From: an uncultured Methanosarcinales archaeon
Lineage (GTDB): Archaea > Nanobdellota > Nanobdellia > Woesearchaeales > CAYVYK01
Reading direction: 5' to 3'
DNA: 64,000 nucleotides
Assembly (NCBI GenBank): GCA_964455675.1
Contig: CAYVYK010000009.1
Span: forward strand, 1 to 64,000
In this document: positions 40,322 to 49,879 of the stretch, one piece after another
Layout of the letters: every line of letters starts with the position of its first letter
How positions within the stretch are numbered: position 1 is the first letter of the stretch
Notes under the pieces: model-generated
Told to the model about the DNA's origin: nothing
What the model saw: the letters and a program-made list of their open reading frames with translations, nothing else
Database searches by the model: none
Position numbers and translations under genes: made by a program

Positions 40322-40949
40322 CTTCCAAGGTATTATGCTGCGGAGAGTTAACAAGATCGGAAACTTTGTAGGTATGGAGCAGGCCTGGGAAAGGCTTGAG
40401 GAACTTTAAGGCTTCTTTCGGATTGCTTTTGAGATAGGCTTCTTCACTCTTACGTTCAAGTATGACGGGCATGCGGTCGTGAATCGGCTTCATGACTGCG
40501 TTTGGGCTTGTTGTAATGATAGAACAGCTCACAATATTCCTGCCGTCCTTTTCCCAGAGGTCATAGATGCCAGCGAAGGCAAACAAGCCATCTTTCAATG
40601 TGATGCGGAAGGGGATTTTTTTCGCACCGACACGCTTCCACTCATAAAATCCGTCGGCGAGGATGAGGCAACGCTGGCTTGCGAATGGGCGCTTGAATGC
40701 TGGCTTTTCGGCAATGGTTTCCGCGCGAGCGTTAATGAGGCGAGCGCCGATCTTGGCGTCCTTTGCCCAGTGAGGGATCAAGCCCCATTTCGCCATGACA
40801 ATCTCGTTTGGATGATCTTGTGTGATGATGGCAGTCTCTTGCGTCGGAGCGATGTTATAGCTTTGCTTGATCGCAGGAACTGCATCGACGTGAAAACGCT
40901 CCCTTAAGAGCTCTTTCTCGACCATTGTCAGGGAGAAACGGCCGCACAT
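40299..40949 (-). CDS. SOS response-associated peptidase (SRAP/HMCES/YedK family)
   Basis: MCGRF, YNIAPTQ, WGLIPHW, INARAET, GFYEW, IHDRMPVIL, VNS. Confidence 0.96.
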   Translation of the reverse strand: MCGRFSLTMVEKELLRERFHVDAVPAIKQSYNIAPTQETAIITQDHPNEIVMAKWGLIPHWAKDAKIGARLINARAETIAEKPAFKRPFASQRCLILADGFYEWKRVGAKKIPFRITLKDGLFAFAGIYDLWEKDGRNIVSCSIITTSPNAVMKPIHDRMPVILERKSEEAYLKSNPKEALKFLKPFPGLLHTYKVSDLVNSPQHNTLEVIQPVQS

Positions 40950-41038
40950 TAGAATGGAGGAGGATTTGATCTATAAAAAGATGCTGTGCAACAAGCATTT
41001 CCACAAGTTTATTAATCCCCATTGCCTCCTGCATTCCT

Positions 41039-41860
41039 ATGCGAATCCTCCTCACGGGCGCGAGCAGCTATGTCGGTGCAAAATTCTATCAGGATCTGAA
41101 GGGCCATCATGTTGTTGGCACATTCTATTCCAATCCTTTCTTTCCCGAGTTGCACAGGCTCGATATCACAAAGCGCGATGACGTTCTTGCCCTCGCGGCA
41201 CACGTCCGTCCCGAGGTGATAATACACGTCGCCGCAAATGCAAGCAGCAATTGGTGCGATCAACATCCTGATATGGCGAGTATGATCAACGCAGAGGGCA
41301 CGAAGAATATTGTCGACGCTGCAAAAGCAGTACACGCTAGGCTTATCTATATCTCATCATTTGCCGCCATAGCACCAACCACACTTTATGGCAGGACAAA
41401 ACGGATGGGCGAGGAACTCGTAAAAAATTCGACGGATTATGTCATCCTACGACCTTCTCTTATTGTTGGATATAGCCCAAATACACACAATGACCGACCT
41501 TTCAACAGGATCCTACAGAATATCACAAACGGGACAAAAGCAGAATATGATACCTCATGGCGATTCCAGCCGACGTGGCTCACACATCTTTCTGATGTCG
41601 TGCAGATATGTCTTGAGGGCAGGATACACAATGAGACGATTCCTGTAAGCGTTCCTGAGATTACTTCCCGCTATGAGCTTGCGCGCGACATTCTCTCGCA
41701 TTTCACCATTATTGCGACACCCGTCAACAATCGAGATACATCCCCAGTATTTGAAGAAAATCTTAGTAAGCTCGCGCAACTTAGCCTTCCCTCTTGCACA
41801 TACCAAGCGATGATTGAAGGGATCGTGAAAGATATACGCGAGCAAGTACTTAGGAAGTAA
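41039..41860 (+). CDS. RmlD-like sugar nucleotide reductase (SDR)
   Basis: ILLTGASSYVG, LDIT, IIHVAA, IYISS, YGRTK. Confidence 0.85.
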   Translation: MRILLTGASSYVGAKFYQDLKGHHVVGTFYSNPFFPELHRLDITKRDDVLALAAHVRPEVIIHVAANASSNWCDQHPDMASMINAEGTKNIVDAAKAVHARLIYISSFAAIAPTTLYGRTKRMGEELVKNSTDYVILRPSLIVGYSPNTHNDRPFNRILQNITNGTKAEYDTSWRFQPTWLTHLSDVVQICLEGRIHNETIPVSVPEITSRYELARDILSHFTIIATPVNNRDTSPVFEENLSKLAQLSLPSCTYQAMIEGIVKDIREQVLRK

Positions 41861-41950
41861 TTCTGCGGATCCCATGACGGGTGATTGACTTCACTTCTTA
41901 GTAGTTACAGACCGATACCTTTATAAGCAACCCCCGTATTACCGACGGAC

Positions 41951-43348
41951 ATGGGAATTGGGGATATGTACCGAAGCGTAGCGCGAGGCATTCGCAAAGT
42001 ATTGCATGACACACCCGTTGAAGTTCTTGTTGGAGCTCTCGCGGTCGGATCAGCAGGATTTGTTGTCGGGCACAAGCTCGAGAGCAACCGAGAAAAAACC
42101 GTGCCGCTTGCGTTTTCTGAAATAGGGCAGCTTGAAGATGCCGCACGAACGGAAGGAAAAGAACTTGACCTATTCACTCGCTATCATGCAGGGCTCAATG
42201 ACCTTGTTATGAAAGTCATGGAGTCATGGAACAGTGCATGGAAGTACAGCACATCTCCCGAAGGAGCATACAAGAAGTTTGCAGAAGAACTCGAAAAGGG
42301 AATGACCACACGGCAATATCGACACAACATTGCGGACTTTATGGAGAGCGTACCGCTTGATGCTGGAGAAGCACTGCATACACTCTCGCCACTCACGACA
42401 GCTAAGCCAATAGTCTCGGAAGCAGAGCAGCAGTTAGGAAGATCCTGGAATGATTCACACCACGACAATTATCACACGGAACTACGGACACGCACCGTCA
42501 GCCATCGCGACTCAAAAGGAAACGTTTCATACAGCACGGAGTTTTACACGGTGCAAGTCTACGACGATACCACCCACACATACCAGTACAACAAAGACTC
42601 AGGAGAAGCAGCGTCACGGACACTTGACATTCTGCTGAGCGACTTCGCAGATTTCTCGCTTGCGATCAACATGAGAACCGCATCAAGAGTACAGCGCGAG
42701 AACTATGAGGCAATGCAAGCGAGCAGAAAGATGGACGACGGAGAAACACTCGCGGAAGACGAGCTCCTTAAGCTCGCAAACACCTGGAATCAAGGATCAA
42801 ACGTGCAACAGTACGCAGGATTCCTCGCGAGGCCTTTTGGGGAACTTGGGGACGATGCGAATGTATGGCGCGTCCATAAGAACACCGCGCACGGTGACCA
42901 GTACAAAACACGAAGTCACTCGGACAGTGGACCTATGGAATTCCAGACCGCAGCGCGAGCACGCACCCATGCGCAACAGTATCTCGCAAGCGTTGATGCT
43001 GTGACTAAGGGATTATTGTTCACCCAGCAGAACATGCCAGAACTTCATAAGAAGATCACAGGATTCATCGAGTACATGCTCAGGCCGCATCCGAATGCAC
43101 AACTTGATCCTGAACAAGCAGCACTTGAAATCAGAAACCAAACCATTGACCTGTATGGCCAGAACTTCGGCAGAGGTTTTGACATGGAACAGTACCGTGC
43201 AGGAATGGTCGTGCTCTATGGAGTCTTAGGAATACTCGCGGGAGCTGCGCTAGGATTTGGATTTGACCAGGGAGCGAGAAAGCTCGGACTCTGGGATGAA
43301 GTAACACGAGATTACAAGAAAGATTTCTCACGGCCAGAGCAAGATTAA
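41951..43348 (+). CDS. Hypothetical protein with N- and C-terminal TM anchors
   Basis: 465-aa ORF; TATA tttataa upstream. Confidence 0.75.
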   Translation: MGIGDMYRSVARGIRKVLHDTPVEVLVGALAVGSAGFVVGHKLESNREKTVPLAFSEIGQLEDAARTEGKELDLFTRYHAGLNDLVMKVMESWNSAWKYSTSPEGAYKKFAEELEKGMTTRQYRHNIADFMESVPLDAGEALHTLSPLTTAKPIVSEAEQQLGRSWNDSHHDNYHTELRTRTVSHRDSKGNVSYSTEFYTVQVYDDTTHTYQYNKDSGEAASRTLDILLSDFADFSLAINMRTASRVQRENYEAMQASRKMDDGETLAEDELLKLANTWNQGSNVQQYAGFLARPFGELGDDANVWRVHKNTAHGDQYKTRSHSDSGPMEFQTAARARTHAQQYLASVDAVTKGLLFTQQNMPELHKKITGFIEYMLRPHPNAQLDPEQAALEIRNQTIDLYGQNFGRGFDMEQYRAGMVVLYGVLGILAGAALGFGFDQGARKLGLWDEVTRDYKKDFSRPEQD

Positions 43349-43792
43349 GAACGCAATCACAAGCAGCGAATAGTTCACGATCATAAACCACTTCTGACCC
43401 CAGCTGAAACCAGGAAACTTCCAGTCAGAGACGGGCCAAAGAAAGGGAGTTGGCAAGAAGTCTCGCGAATGCGTTGGAATGTCAATCAGTACGTGAATAG
43501 GCCAGGCAAGGAGGAAGTAGGGAAATTCTCCCAAGAGTATTGAAGTGATCGTGAACACGAGGATCATCGAAAAGATACTGTGCGTAATTCCATAGAGAGT
43601 GAACACCCACCTCGGAATACTCTTTATGTCTGGCTTACCCCATTTCTTTCCTTTATGCTGGTAGAATCCCACAACCATATAAATTCCCCAGGAGAGAACG
43701 TCGGGCAGTATTCCTGCAAGGACAGCGTACCATACGAATTCTGAGTTATGAAAGATGATATATGACCAGAGGGCGTGGGCGAAGGTGTCCAT
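43328..43792 (-). CDS. Membrane-bound metal-dependent hydrolase (YdjM-like)
   Basis: HALW, LPD, THS, HVLIDIPTH, PFLWP. Confidence 0.85.
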   Translation of the reverse strand: MDTFAHALWSYIIFHNSEFVWYAVLAGILPDVLSWGIYMVVGFYQHKGKKWGKPDIKSIPRWVFTLYGITHSIFSMILVFTITSILLGEFPYFLLAWPIHVLIDIPTHSRDFLPTPFLWPVSDWKFPGFSWGQKWFMIVNYSLLVIAFLILLWP

Positions 43793-43870
43793 ATAGGGTT
43801 CTTCTTGGTATGGAGATAAAAGATTTGTGCTTAAGATAATGGTTTGATATGTTTAATATTTCTAATAATA

Positions 43871-43960
43871 GAGCAGGACGGTCGGGCTCCCGTCGGTCGC
43901 CCGACTTTGGACGCCGTCTTAAAGCGTTCGCTTTAATGACGGCTCTGCTCAGCGTGATTG
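43871..43960. repeat. Dispersed structured element, copy B
   Basis: Closing stem gagcag/ctgctc; hairpins gtcgggc/gcccgac and gccgtc-ttaaagcg/cgctttaa-t-gacggc. Confidence 0.7.
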
Positions 43961-43982
43961 TGCGTTCTCTGTTTGCTGCACG

Positions 43983-44546
43983 TCATTGATCGTCTGGAGA
44001 TGGTGGGGATACAACGTGGCATGATTTCAGATGTTGCATGATGAGTTCTGCAGATTGACGAGAGCCTTGATTGGATGTATCAATATTTAGTTTGCAACCT
44101 TGGAATTCTTGAAAGAGAAGTTCATACGCACGCATCCTACCGTAGAGGAGGCGTGGATTTGCCAAGAGCGAGCGGTGGTAAGGATTGTCCGGGGAGCGAG
44201 CAAGCCTTTGCGCACATTCTGACGCGCTTACCGTGAGGAGAATGAAGACTGTGGGTTTTGGCACTATCCTTGACAGTATCCAGCAGCGACGATACTTGGG
44301 GTACGTCTGGAGAGATTGGATGTAACGATCAAGGATGACTGTTGTCCCCGCGCGCTGTGCATGAGGAATGCGGTAGAGCGCCAGGTGCAACACATGAAGC
44401 CTATACGCCAGAGGCCTTGGGCACCAACTCATAATCTTCGGGACGGAGAGCCCCCGAATGATAACAGAACGAGGAATGAGGCGCGCCAGTTGAGCTGCAA
44501 TGGACGACTTACCCGAGCCATCAACACCCTCAAGAACGAGGATCAT
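43983..44546 (-). CDS. Nucleoside monophosphate kinase, dTMP kinase-like
   Basis: LEGVDGSGKS, VILDRY..S, PKP..FILLTVS...QRL. Confidence 0.85.
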   Translation of the reverse strand: MILVLEGVDGSGKSSIAAQLARLIPRSVIIRGLSVPKIMSWCPRPLAYRLHVLHLALYRIPHAQRAGTTVILDRYIQSLQTYPKYRRCWILSRIVPKPTVFILLTVSASECAQRLARSPDNPYHRSLLANPRLLYGRMRAYELLFQEFQGCKLNIDTSNQGSRQSAELIMQHLKSCHVVSPPSPDDQ

Positions 44547-45459
44547 ACCGAACCTCCGTGAGCGAGAATTTTCGCAAAGGACAAACCGAACGATAGCCAA
44601 GAGGAGCCACTTCATGATACAGGGCGCATGGATTTGCATGCATATCGGCAAGGGAGCGGACTGGCAGGTCACGATCCACGAGCATGATGCATCCGTACAG
44701 ATCGCCTGCAGGCATCACCTGAAGAGGGAGTGCATCATCCAGAAGGCAAGAAGTCTTTGCTCGATGATTCTCCTCGATGAATGGAATACCAACATACACT
44801 GGTATTTCAGGTATCATCCATGACCGGACAATTCCAAGCCAGTCAAGCGGAGGAACCTTTCGCACAGGAATATCTCGCGAGGGCAACGTGAGATAGCAGA
44901 TACGGTGCTCACGCGCTCCGAGCTTCTCGCAAAGGCGGGAAAGATTTGGCAGATCATAGAGATTACCCTCATGCACAACGGAGTTGACCTTCACGAACAT
45001 GCCAGCAGCGGCAGCGTAACGCACAGCAATTATCGCATGCTCAAAAGCCCTAGGGGGGCCTTGATGCAGCAAACCATGGACTTCAGCTGTAGAACCGTCG
45101 ATGCTAATCGCAAGATGGTCAAGACCTGCCGAGAGGAGATTATCAATTGCATGGGGAGTGAGCAAATATCCATTGGAGACGAGCTTCGTGCGATAGCCCA
45201 GATCATGCGCGGCCGACACTATTTCCGATAGGTCGGAACGAAGCGTAGGCTCACCTCCTGAGAACTCCACAACGGAGGCGCCAATGGAACGCGCATCCCC
45301 AAGCAACTCCATGATTGCCGATGCAGGGAGCTCTGCGGAAGAGCGACCACGCAATAGGCAGTGCGAACAGCGGTAATTGCATCGGTCAGTCAGGTTCACG
45401 GACACGGTCTTCACATCGCGCATGGCGATCACTCCCTCGGCTTTCCAATGTACGTGCAC
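44530..45459 (-). CDS. Radical SAM enzyme (start may be 45423)
   Basis: NLTDRCNYRCSHC, FSGGEPTL, LVSNG, ISIDG; C-terminal Cys residues. Confidence 0.9.
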   Translation of the reverse strand: MHVHWKAEGVIAMRDVKTVSVNLTDRCNYRCSHCLLRGRSSAELPASAIMELLGDARSIGASVVEFSGGEPTLRSDLSEIVSAAHDLGYRTKLVSNGYLLTPHAIDNLLSAGLDHLAISIDGSTAEVHGLLHQGPPRAFEHAIIAVRYAAAAGMFVKVNSVVHEGNLYDLPNLSRLCEKLGAREHRICYLTLPSRDIPVRKVPPLDWLGIVRSWMIPEIPVYVGIPFIEENHRAKTSCLLDDALPLQVMPAGDLYGCIMLVDRDLPVRSLADMHANPCALYHEVAPLGYRSVCPLRKFSLTEVRYDPRS

Positions 45460-46565
45460 AAGTAGTTCTCATGCACACGCACGCCATCGTGCGAAGGAAC
45501 AATCTTTGGGAGGATGGGAAGATGGATGCCAGCGCGTTGGGCCATCTTCACACAGTACGGATCCTCGCGATCAAGGGAGCCATTCATGAGCACGGCGCGC
45601 GCAGCGCAGCCGCCCCTACAAGATGGACGGTACTCGCACGCCATATCGTTGCACGACGCGGGAAGAGAAATATTACGTTTGCGTAATGCGCGAAACTCCT
45701 CGGACGCAATGATGTCATTGATGTCCTCTGTAAGAAGATCGCCCGTCTTGTACGCATGCAAATAGATACATGGCGATACCGGCACTTTGCCATCAGGAGT
45801 CTTGGAATGAATGCGCATGGAAGTCGTGCCGCAGGGGCAGCCATGCGTGTCATAACCACAAAGCACCCCCAGCACGGACTCATTCAGGACAGCAAGATCC
45901 GTATGACGCGCAAGGTACTCAAAACAGTCATAAAACTGCTGGACGGAAGGGAGCAGCGCCAGATGGTGATTTTCGGTCGGCCGCAGGGAGTTTATCCTCA
46001 ATTCAGCGTCGTATTCTCTGGCAAGATCAAGCAGCCCGTCAAGATGCCTTGGAGTCGTGTTCCAATTCATCGCACACATGATTATGCTGTGCGGCTTTCT
46101 CTTATCCTTGCAAAGTTTCAACGCGGCAGTCGCACGGTTGAAAATACCCGCGCCCCGATTGCGATCATGCTCCTCACGAAAGGGCGAGTCTAACGAGATG
46201 TCCCAATCATTCACCAGCGCAAAGGCTGCAGGATCACGACGGTGAAGCTCTGTTGCGGTAACCCCATACGTCGTGATACCGAGCACGATCCCTGCACGGT
46301 GCACGCTACGCACGATGTAGGGAAGTGTACTCTTGCCCATGTCAGGGCCATCGGTAAATATCGGCTCATTCCCGCCAAGATTAACGGTATGGACATCTAT
46401 ACTTGACAGTTGGCTGACGATGCGGTCAATCTCAGGAATAGTGAGCGAGCTCGAACCACGCCGAACCTTCCACGAATAACAGTGCTTGCAGCGCGCATCA
46501 CAATAATTGCCCAGTGTCCAGCCCACATTCCTCACGGAAGTTATGCGATCCTCAAGGGATACCAT
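45429..46565 (-). CDS. Radical SAM/SPASM domain protein
   Basis: CDARCKHC, LGGNEP, ISLDS; GCPCG...SPC...CNDMACEYRPSCRGGC...DPYC. Confidence 0.92.
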   Translation of the reverse strand: MVSLEDRITSVRNVGWTLGNYCDARCKHCYSWKVRRGSSSLTIPEIDRIVSQLSSIDVHTVNLGGNEPIFTDGPDMGKSTLPYIVRSVHRAGIVLGITTYGVTATELHRRDPAAFALVNDWDISLDSPFREEHDRNRGAGIFNRATAALKLCKDKRKPHSIIMCAMNWNTTPRHLDGLLDLAREYDAELRINSLRPTENHHLALLPSVQQFYDCFEYLARHTDLAVLNESVLGVLCGYDTHGCPCGTTSMRIHSKTPDGKVPVSPCIYLHAYKTGDLLTEDINDIIASEEFRALRKRNISLPASCNDMACEYRPSCRGGCAARAVLMNGSLDREDPYCVKMAQRAGIHLPILPKIVPSHDGVRVHENYLCTYIGKPRE

Positions 46566-46569
46566 GCTC

Positions 46570-46914
46570 TCATATCCCTTTCAGCGCATCAACAACGCGT
46601 TCCAGCAAGCGATCGAGCTCCTTGCGCTTCTCCTTGTATTCCGGCTCACTGAAGCAGCGGTCGAACGACCAGAGCGCCTCGATGAAAGTGCCATCCACCT
46701 TTTGGAGACCGGAGTGCAGCATCGGATCAGGACGCCTGTCAATGTACATTGAAAAGCTCGCGTCCTGATAGGTACCACGATATTGTGAGGAGCGGTCATC
46801 GTACGTAACAACGACGCCCTCATCGGCAAGAATGCTACCGACAGACCCAAACGATTCCCTGGATGCTTCATACGGCGTGTCGTAGACACCCCAACTAAGT
46901 ACGGTATGCCCCAT
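46570..46914 (-). CDS. Hypothetical protein
   Basis: In operon between the HD and radical SAM genes; SD ggtgag. Confidence 0.65.
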   Translation of the reverse strand: MGHTVLSWGVYDTPYEASRESFGSVGSILADEGVVVTYDDRSSQYRGTYQDASFSMYIDRRPDPMLHSGLQKVDGTFIEALWSFDRCFSEPEYKEKRKELDRLLERVVDALKGI

Positions 46915-47476
46915 TGTTCTCACCTACCAGCCGACGCACGGCTCTGATGTTGGCTTCCAATCCAGGACCACGCAGGGCCCTTGCTGAAGCAGTGTAATAC
47001 TTGTGATTCTCGAGGAAACCAAGCGTTTGCCTGTACCACTGCGCGCGATCCTCCACCTTGAATTCCTCGCGGAGGTTCTCGCACCGAGCGAAAAAGTCAT
47101 CACGGCCGAGATTGTCAAGGTCGGCATCACACATGATCATCTCAAGTTTACTTTTGGGATGGGTCGGGTTTTTCGTCGCAAGCACAAGGCCAGATTCCTC
47201 GTCTATCTCGTACGGAGAGTACCCGAGCGAAGCGAGATACGGACGCGCCATCACAACGCTCTGTTCCTCATTATCTGTTGCTCCTGGAACATACACGAGA
47301 TCGTGCACGTATCCACCACCTGCAAGGAGATGGCATTCATAGGAGGAGCAACCTTCTCTTTGCGCTAGATCCAAAGCGGCGCGCACCATGTCATCCATAT
47401 GCCAAGGATTATGATAGGGAAGATTTGGCATTCTTTCCAACGCAAATTCTCGAATGCTTTGGAGGCGGCGGTCCAT
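46895..47476 (-). CDS. HD-domain phosphohydrolase, phosphodiesterase-like
   Basis: LPYHNPWH...HDLVY...NEEQS...LATK...CDADL..LG. Confidence 0.88.
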   Translation of the reverse strand: MDRRLQSIREFALERMPNLPYHNPWHMDDMVRAALDLAQREGCSSYECHLLAGGGYVHDLVYVPGATDNEEQSVVMARPYLASLGYSPYEIDEESGLVLATKNPTHPKSKLEMIMCDADLDNLGRDDFFARCENLREEFKVEDRAQWYRQTLGFLENHKYYTASARALRGPGLEANIRAVRRLVGENNGAYRT

Positions 47477-47581
47477 GAGTCATCACATTAGAATATGTGT
47501 GGTTATGAATATTAGAAAGATCTGATCGTTTTTCCCGTTTTTTCCGTAATATTTATATGTATATTGCGGAATATTAGGCTC

Positions 47582-48619
47582 ATGTGGTTCTTACCCGACC
47601 TTGGGCCACTCGAGCGGCACCCACAGCCAGTAAAGATCGACGAGAAAGACCGCCAAATCCTCAACATTATTGGCCAAAACGCCCGAATGCCACTCTCTGC
47701 TATCGCAAAGCGTGTCAAAGTATCACGCGACAAGGTGGATTACCGCCTCAGAGGGTTACGCAGCAAGAAAGTGATCTTTCATGCACAGACATTCATCGAT
47801 GTCGCCAAATTCGGGTATCAGTCATACCACATCTTTTTCCGACTCAAAAATCCCCTCCCTGAAACGGGGATCATAGCACACATCTCCGCACTCCCCTACG
47901 TTCGGGCAGTGCTCAAATACAACGGGCGATATGATCTTGACGTATCCGTCATCGCACATGACGTATATGAATTCGACAGGCAGCTCACTGATATCGCAGG
48001 CATTCTTGGAACACACCTCCAAAGCTACGATATCCTCGTCAATTCAGCAGCATACCGCACCGCAGCATTCCCAAATAGCTTCCTCAAGCAGCCACTACCG
48101 ATTGAACCCGCATTTGAACCCTACACTTGCGACGAAAAAGACATGCGCATCCTCAAGACTATCAGAACGAACGCCGAAAAACCACTCCTCAAGATCGGAC
48201 AGGAAACAGAAATGTCAGCTGACACAGTCAGCTATCGCCTCAAGAAAATGCATGCAGCAGGAATCATACGCGCGTACCAGCCAGTCATCAGCTACGGAGC
48301 CATGGGATACACCGTATACACGATGCTCCTCCATGTCAGGCCTCTCGATGCCAAGCGCGAGGCAACACTGCGCACATTCCTCACGACGTACCCCCATATC
48401 CTTTGGGCCGTGAAAACCGTTGGCAAGTACAATCTTCTCCTGTATGTTTGCGTACCTGCGATGAAGGCAGAGAGAGAACTCTATGAGACAATATCAAGAC
48501 TCCGCAGCCTCTTTGCCGAGCAAATAACAGAATACGAACTCCTCCTGCCAATCATTGAGTACAAATACACGTGCGCTCCGGACATCCTATTTTCTCGTCC
48601 CAAGGAAGTGACGAGATAA
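47582..48619 (+). CDS. Tandem (double) Lrp/AsnC family regulator
   Basis: IDEKDRQIL...NARMPLSAIAKRV...VDYRL and DEKDMRIL...NAEKP...TVSYRLKKM. Confidence 0.9.
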   Translation: MWFLPDLGPLERHPQPVKIDEKDRQILNIIGQNARMPLSAIAKRVKVSRDKVDYRLRGLRSKKVIFHAQTFIDVAKFGYQSYHIFFRLKNPLPETGIIAHISALPYVRAVLKYNGRYDLDVSVIAHDVYEFDRQLTDIAGILGTHLQSYDILVNSAAYRTAAFPNSFLKQPLPIEPAFEPYTCDEKDMRILKTIRTNAEKPLLKIGQETEMSADTVSYRLKKMHAAGIIRAYQPVISYGAMGYTVYTMLLHVRPLDAKREATLRTFLTTYPHILWAVKTVGKYNLLLYVCVPAMKAERELYETISRLRSLFAEQITEYELLLPIIEYKYTCAPDILFSRPKEVTR

Positions 48620-48659
48620 TCGCAACGGATTTTTATAGCATGTTGAATTCTCATACAAT

Positions 48660-49838
48660 ATGAATCCAAACGGACGCCTGACCGTGTACGCATGCACGAA
48701 CGGAGTCCACTACGCTTCTCGGCTCGTGAAATGCCTCAACACAATCATTGATGAGGAAAACAAAGGACGTGAAGGATTCACGATGCACGAACCACACGTG
48801 CAGTTCAAAGTACCTGAGGTAAAAGAGTTCCCCGCGACGTTCATCACGACACGCATCAAGGAAGGAGTACGAGGGGAAGACGCATTTCTCGTCCAATGGT
48901 TCCCAGCACCGCCACAAGACAATCACCAGTACTCACTTCCAAAAACGCAGGTGGAGATGGACGCGATCGTCGCAGAAATCACCAACCGCGAGCGAACACG
49001 CCTCACCGCGCCACGAAACAAGGAGGAATTCCTCCAAAGCATCGCGGCCCTCAAAAACGCAGGAGTAAAAAGACTATCACTTGTCACACCATACGCATAC
49101 GCGCAACGCAAAGACACAATCGAGGGAAGAGATTCGATTGACGCGGCACTCTTCTGCCAGCAACTCGAAGGAGTGACGCACCGCCAGCACATGGACGCTT
49201 TCTGCCTTGATGTTCACGCGAACCAGATACCAGGCTACTATCAGCAAGTCAACATCAGCCTTGTCAGCATCGGAGTGTACGCGATGTGCGTGGATTATCT
49301 CAAGAAAAACCATCCTGAACTTCTCGAAAATGCAGTCATCCTCCTGCCAGACACAGGAATGGCAAAGCGAGCAGGAGCACGCCTGTCCGCACTCACAGGC
49401 CTAGACCGCATCACCATGGACAAGGTTCGCATTGGACCGACGGAAACGCGCCTTGAGGCATTCTACAAAGGATCAGGCGCGGACATCGCCGGGAAGGACG
49501 CTCTACTCTTTGATGATATCCTTGGAAGCGGAGGAACAGCAGGACAGGCAACCAACTTCGTGCGCAAGGAGCTCAAGCTCAAAGATGTAAGCTGGGTCAT
49601 GACACACCCCGAAGCAACTCGGCTCGCGGAACTTGATGATATGCATGCACAGGGGTATTGCAGATATGTCTTTCACGCAGACACGATGCCGGTACCGAGG
49701 GATTACTGCGTACCATTCCCAACAGCGCCGCTTGTCGCGCGACTGATGTACAACATCCATACTGACAGAAGCATCGGGCCATACCTCGAAGCCACGACCT
49801 TCCTAGACGGCAAACTCCCACTACCCAAGATCGATTGA
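48660..49838 (+). CDS. Divergent ribose-phosphate pyrophosphokinase (PRPP synthetase family)
   Basis: VRGEDAFLVQ, VTPYAYAQRKD, LDVHA.QI.GYY, PDTG..KRA, FDDILGSGGT, TH. Confidence 0.8.
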   Translation: MNPNGRLTVYACTNGVHYASRLVKCLNTIIDEENKGREGFTMHEPHVQFKVPEVKEFPATFITTRIKEGVRGEDAFLVQWFPAPPQDNHQYSLPKTQVEMDAIVAEITNRERTRLTAPRNKEEFLQSIAALKNAGVKRLSLVTPYAYAQRKDTIEGRDSIDAALFCQQLEGVTHRQHMDAFCLDVHANQIPGYYQQVNISLVSIGVYAMCVDYLKKNHPELLENAVILLPDTGMAKRAGARLSALTGLDRITMDKVRIGPTETRLEAFYKGSGADIAGKDALLFDDILGSGGTAGQATNFVRKELKLKDVSWVMTHPEATRLAELDDMHAQGYCRYVFHADTMPVPRDYCVPFPTAPLVARLMYNIHTDRSIGPYLEATTFLDGKLPLPKID

Positions 49839-49879
49839 ACCACAATTCTTAAATAGGCAAATAGCGGCCAAAGACAAGT

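Noticed and set aside
44530..45459. Calling this radical SAM enzyme a viperin
   Set aside because: Only generic radical SAM motifs are visible; needs phylogeny
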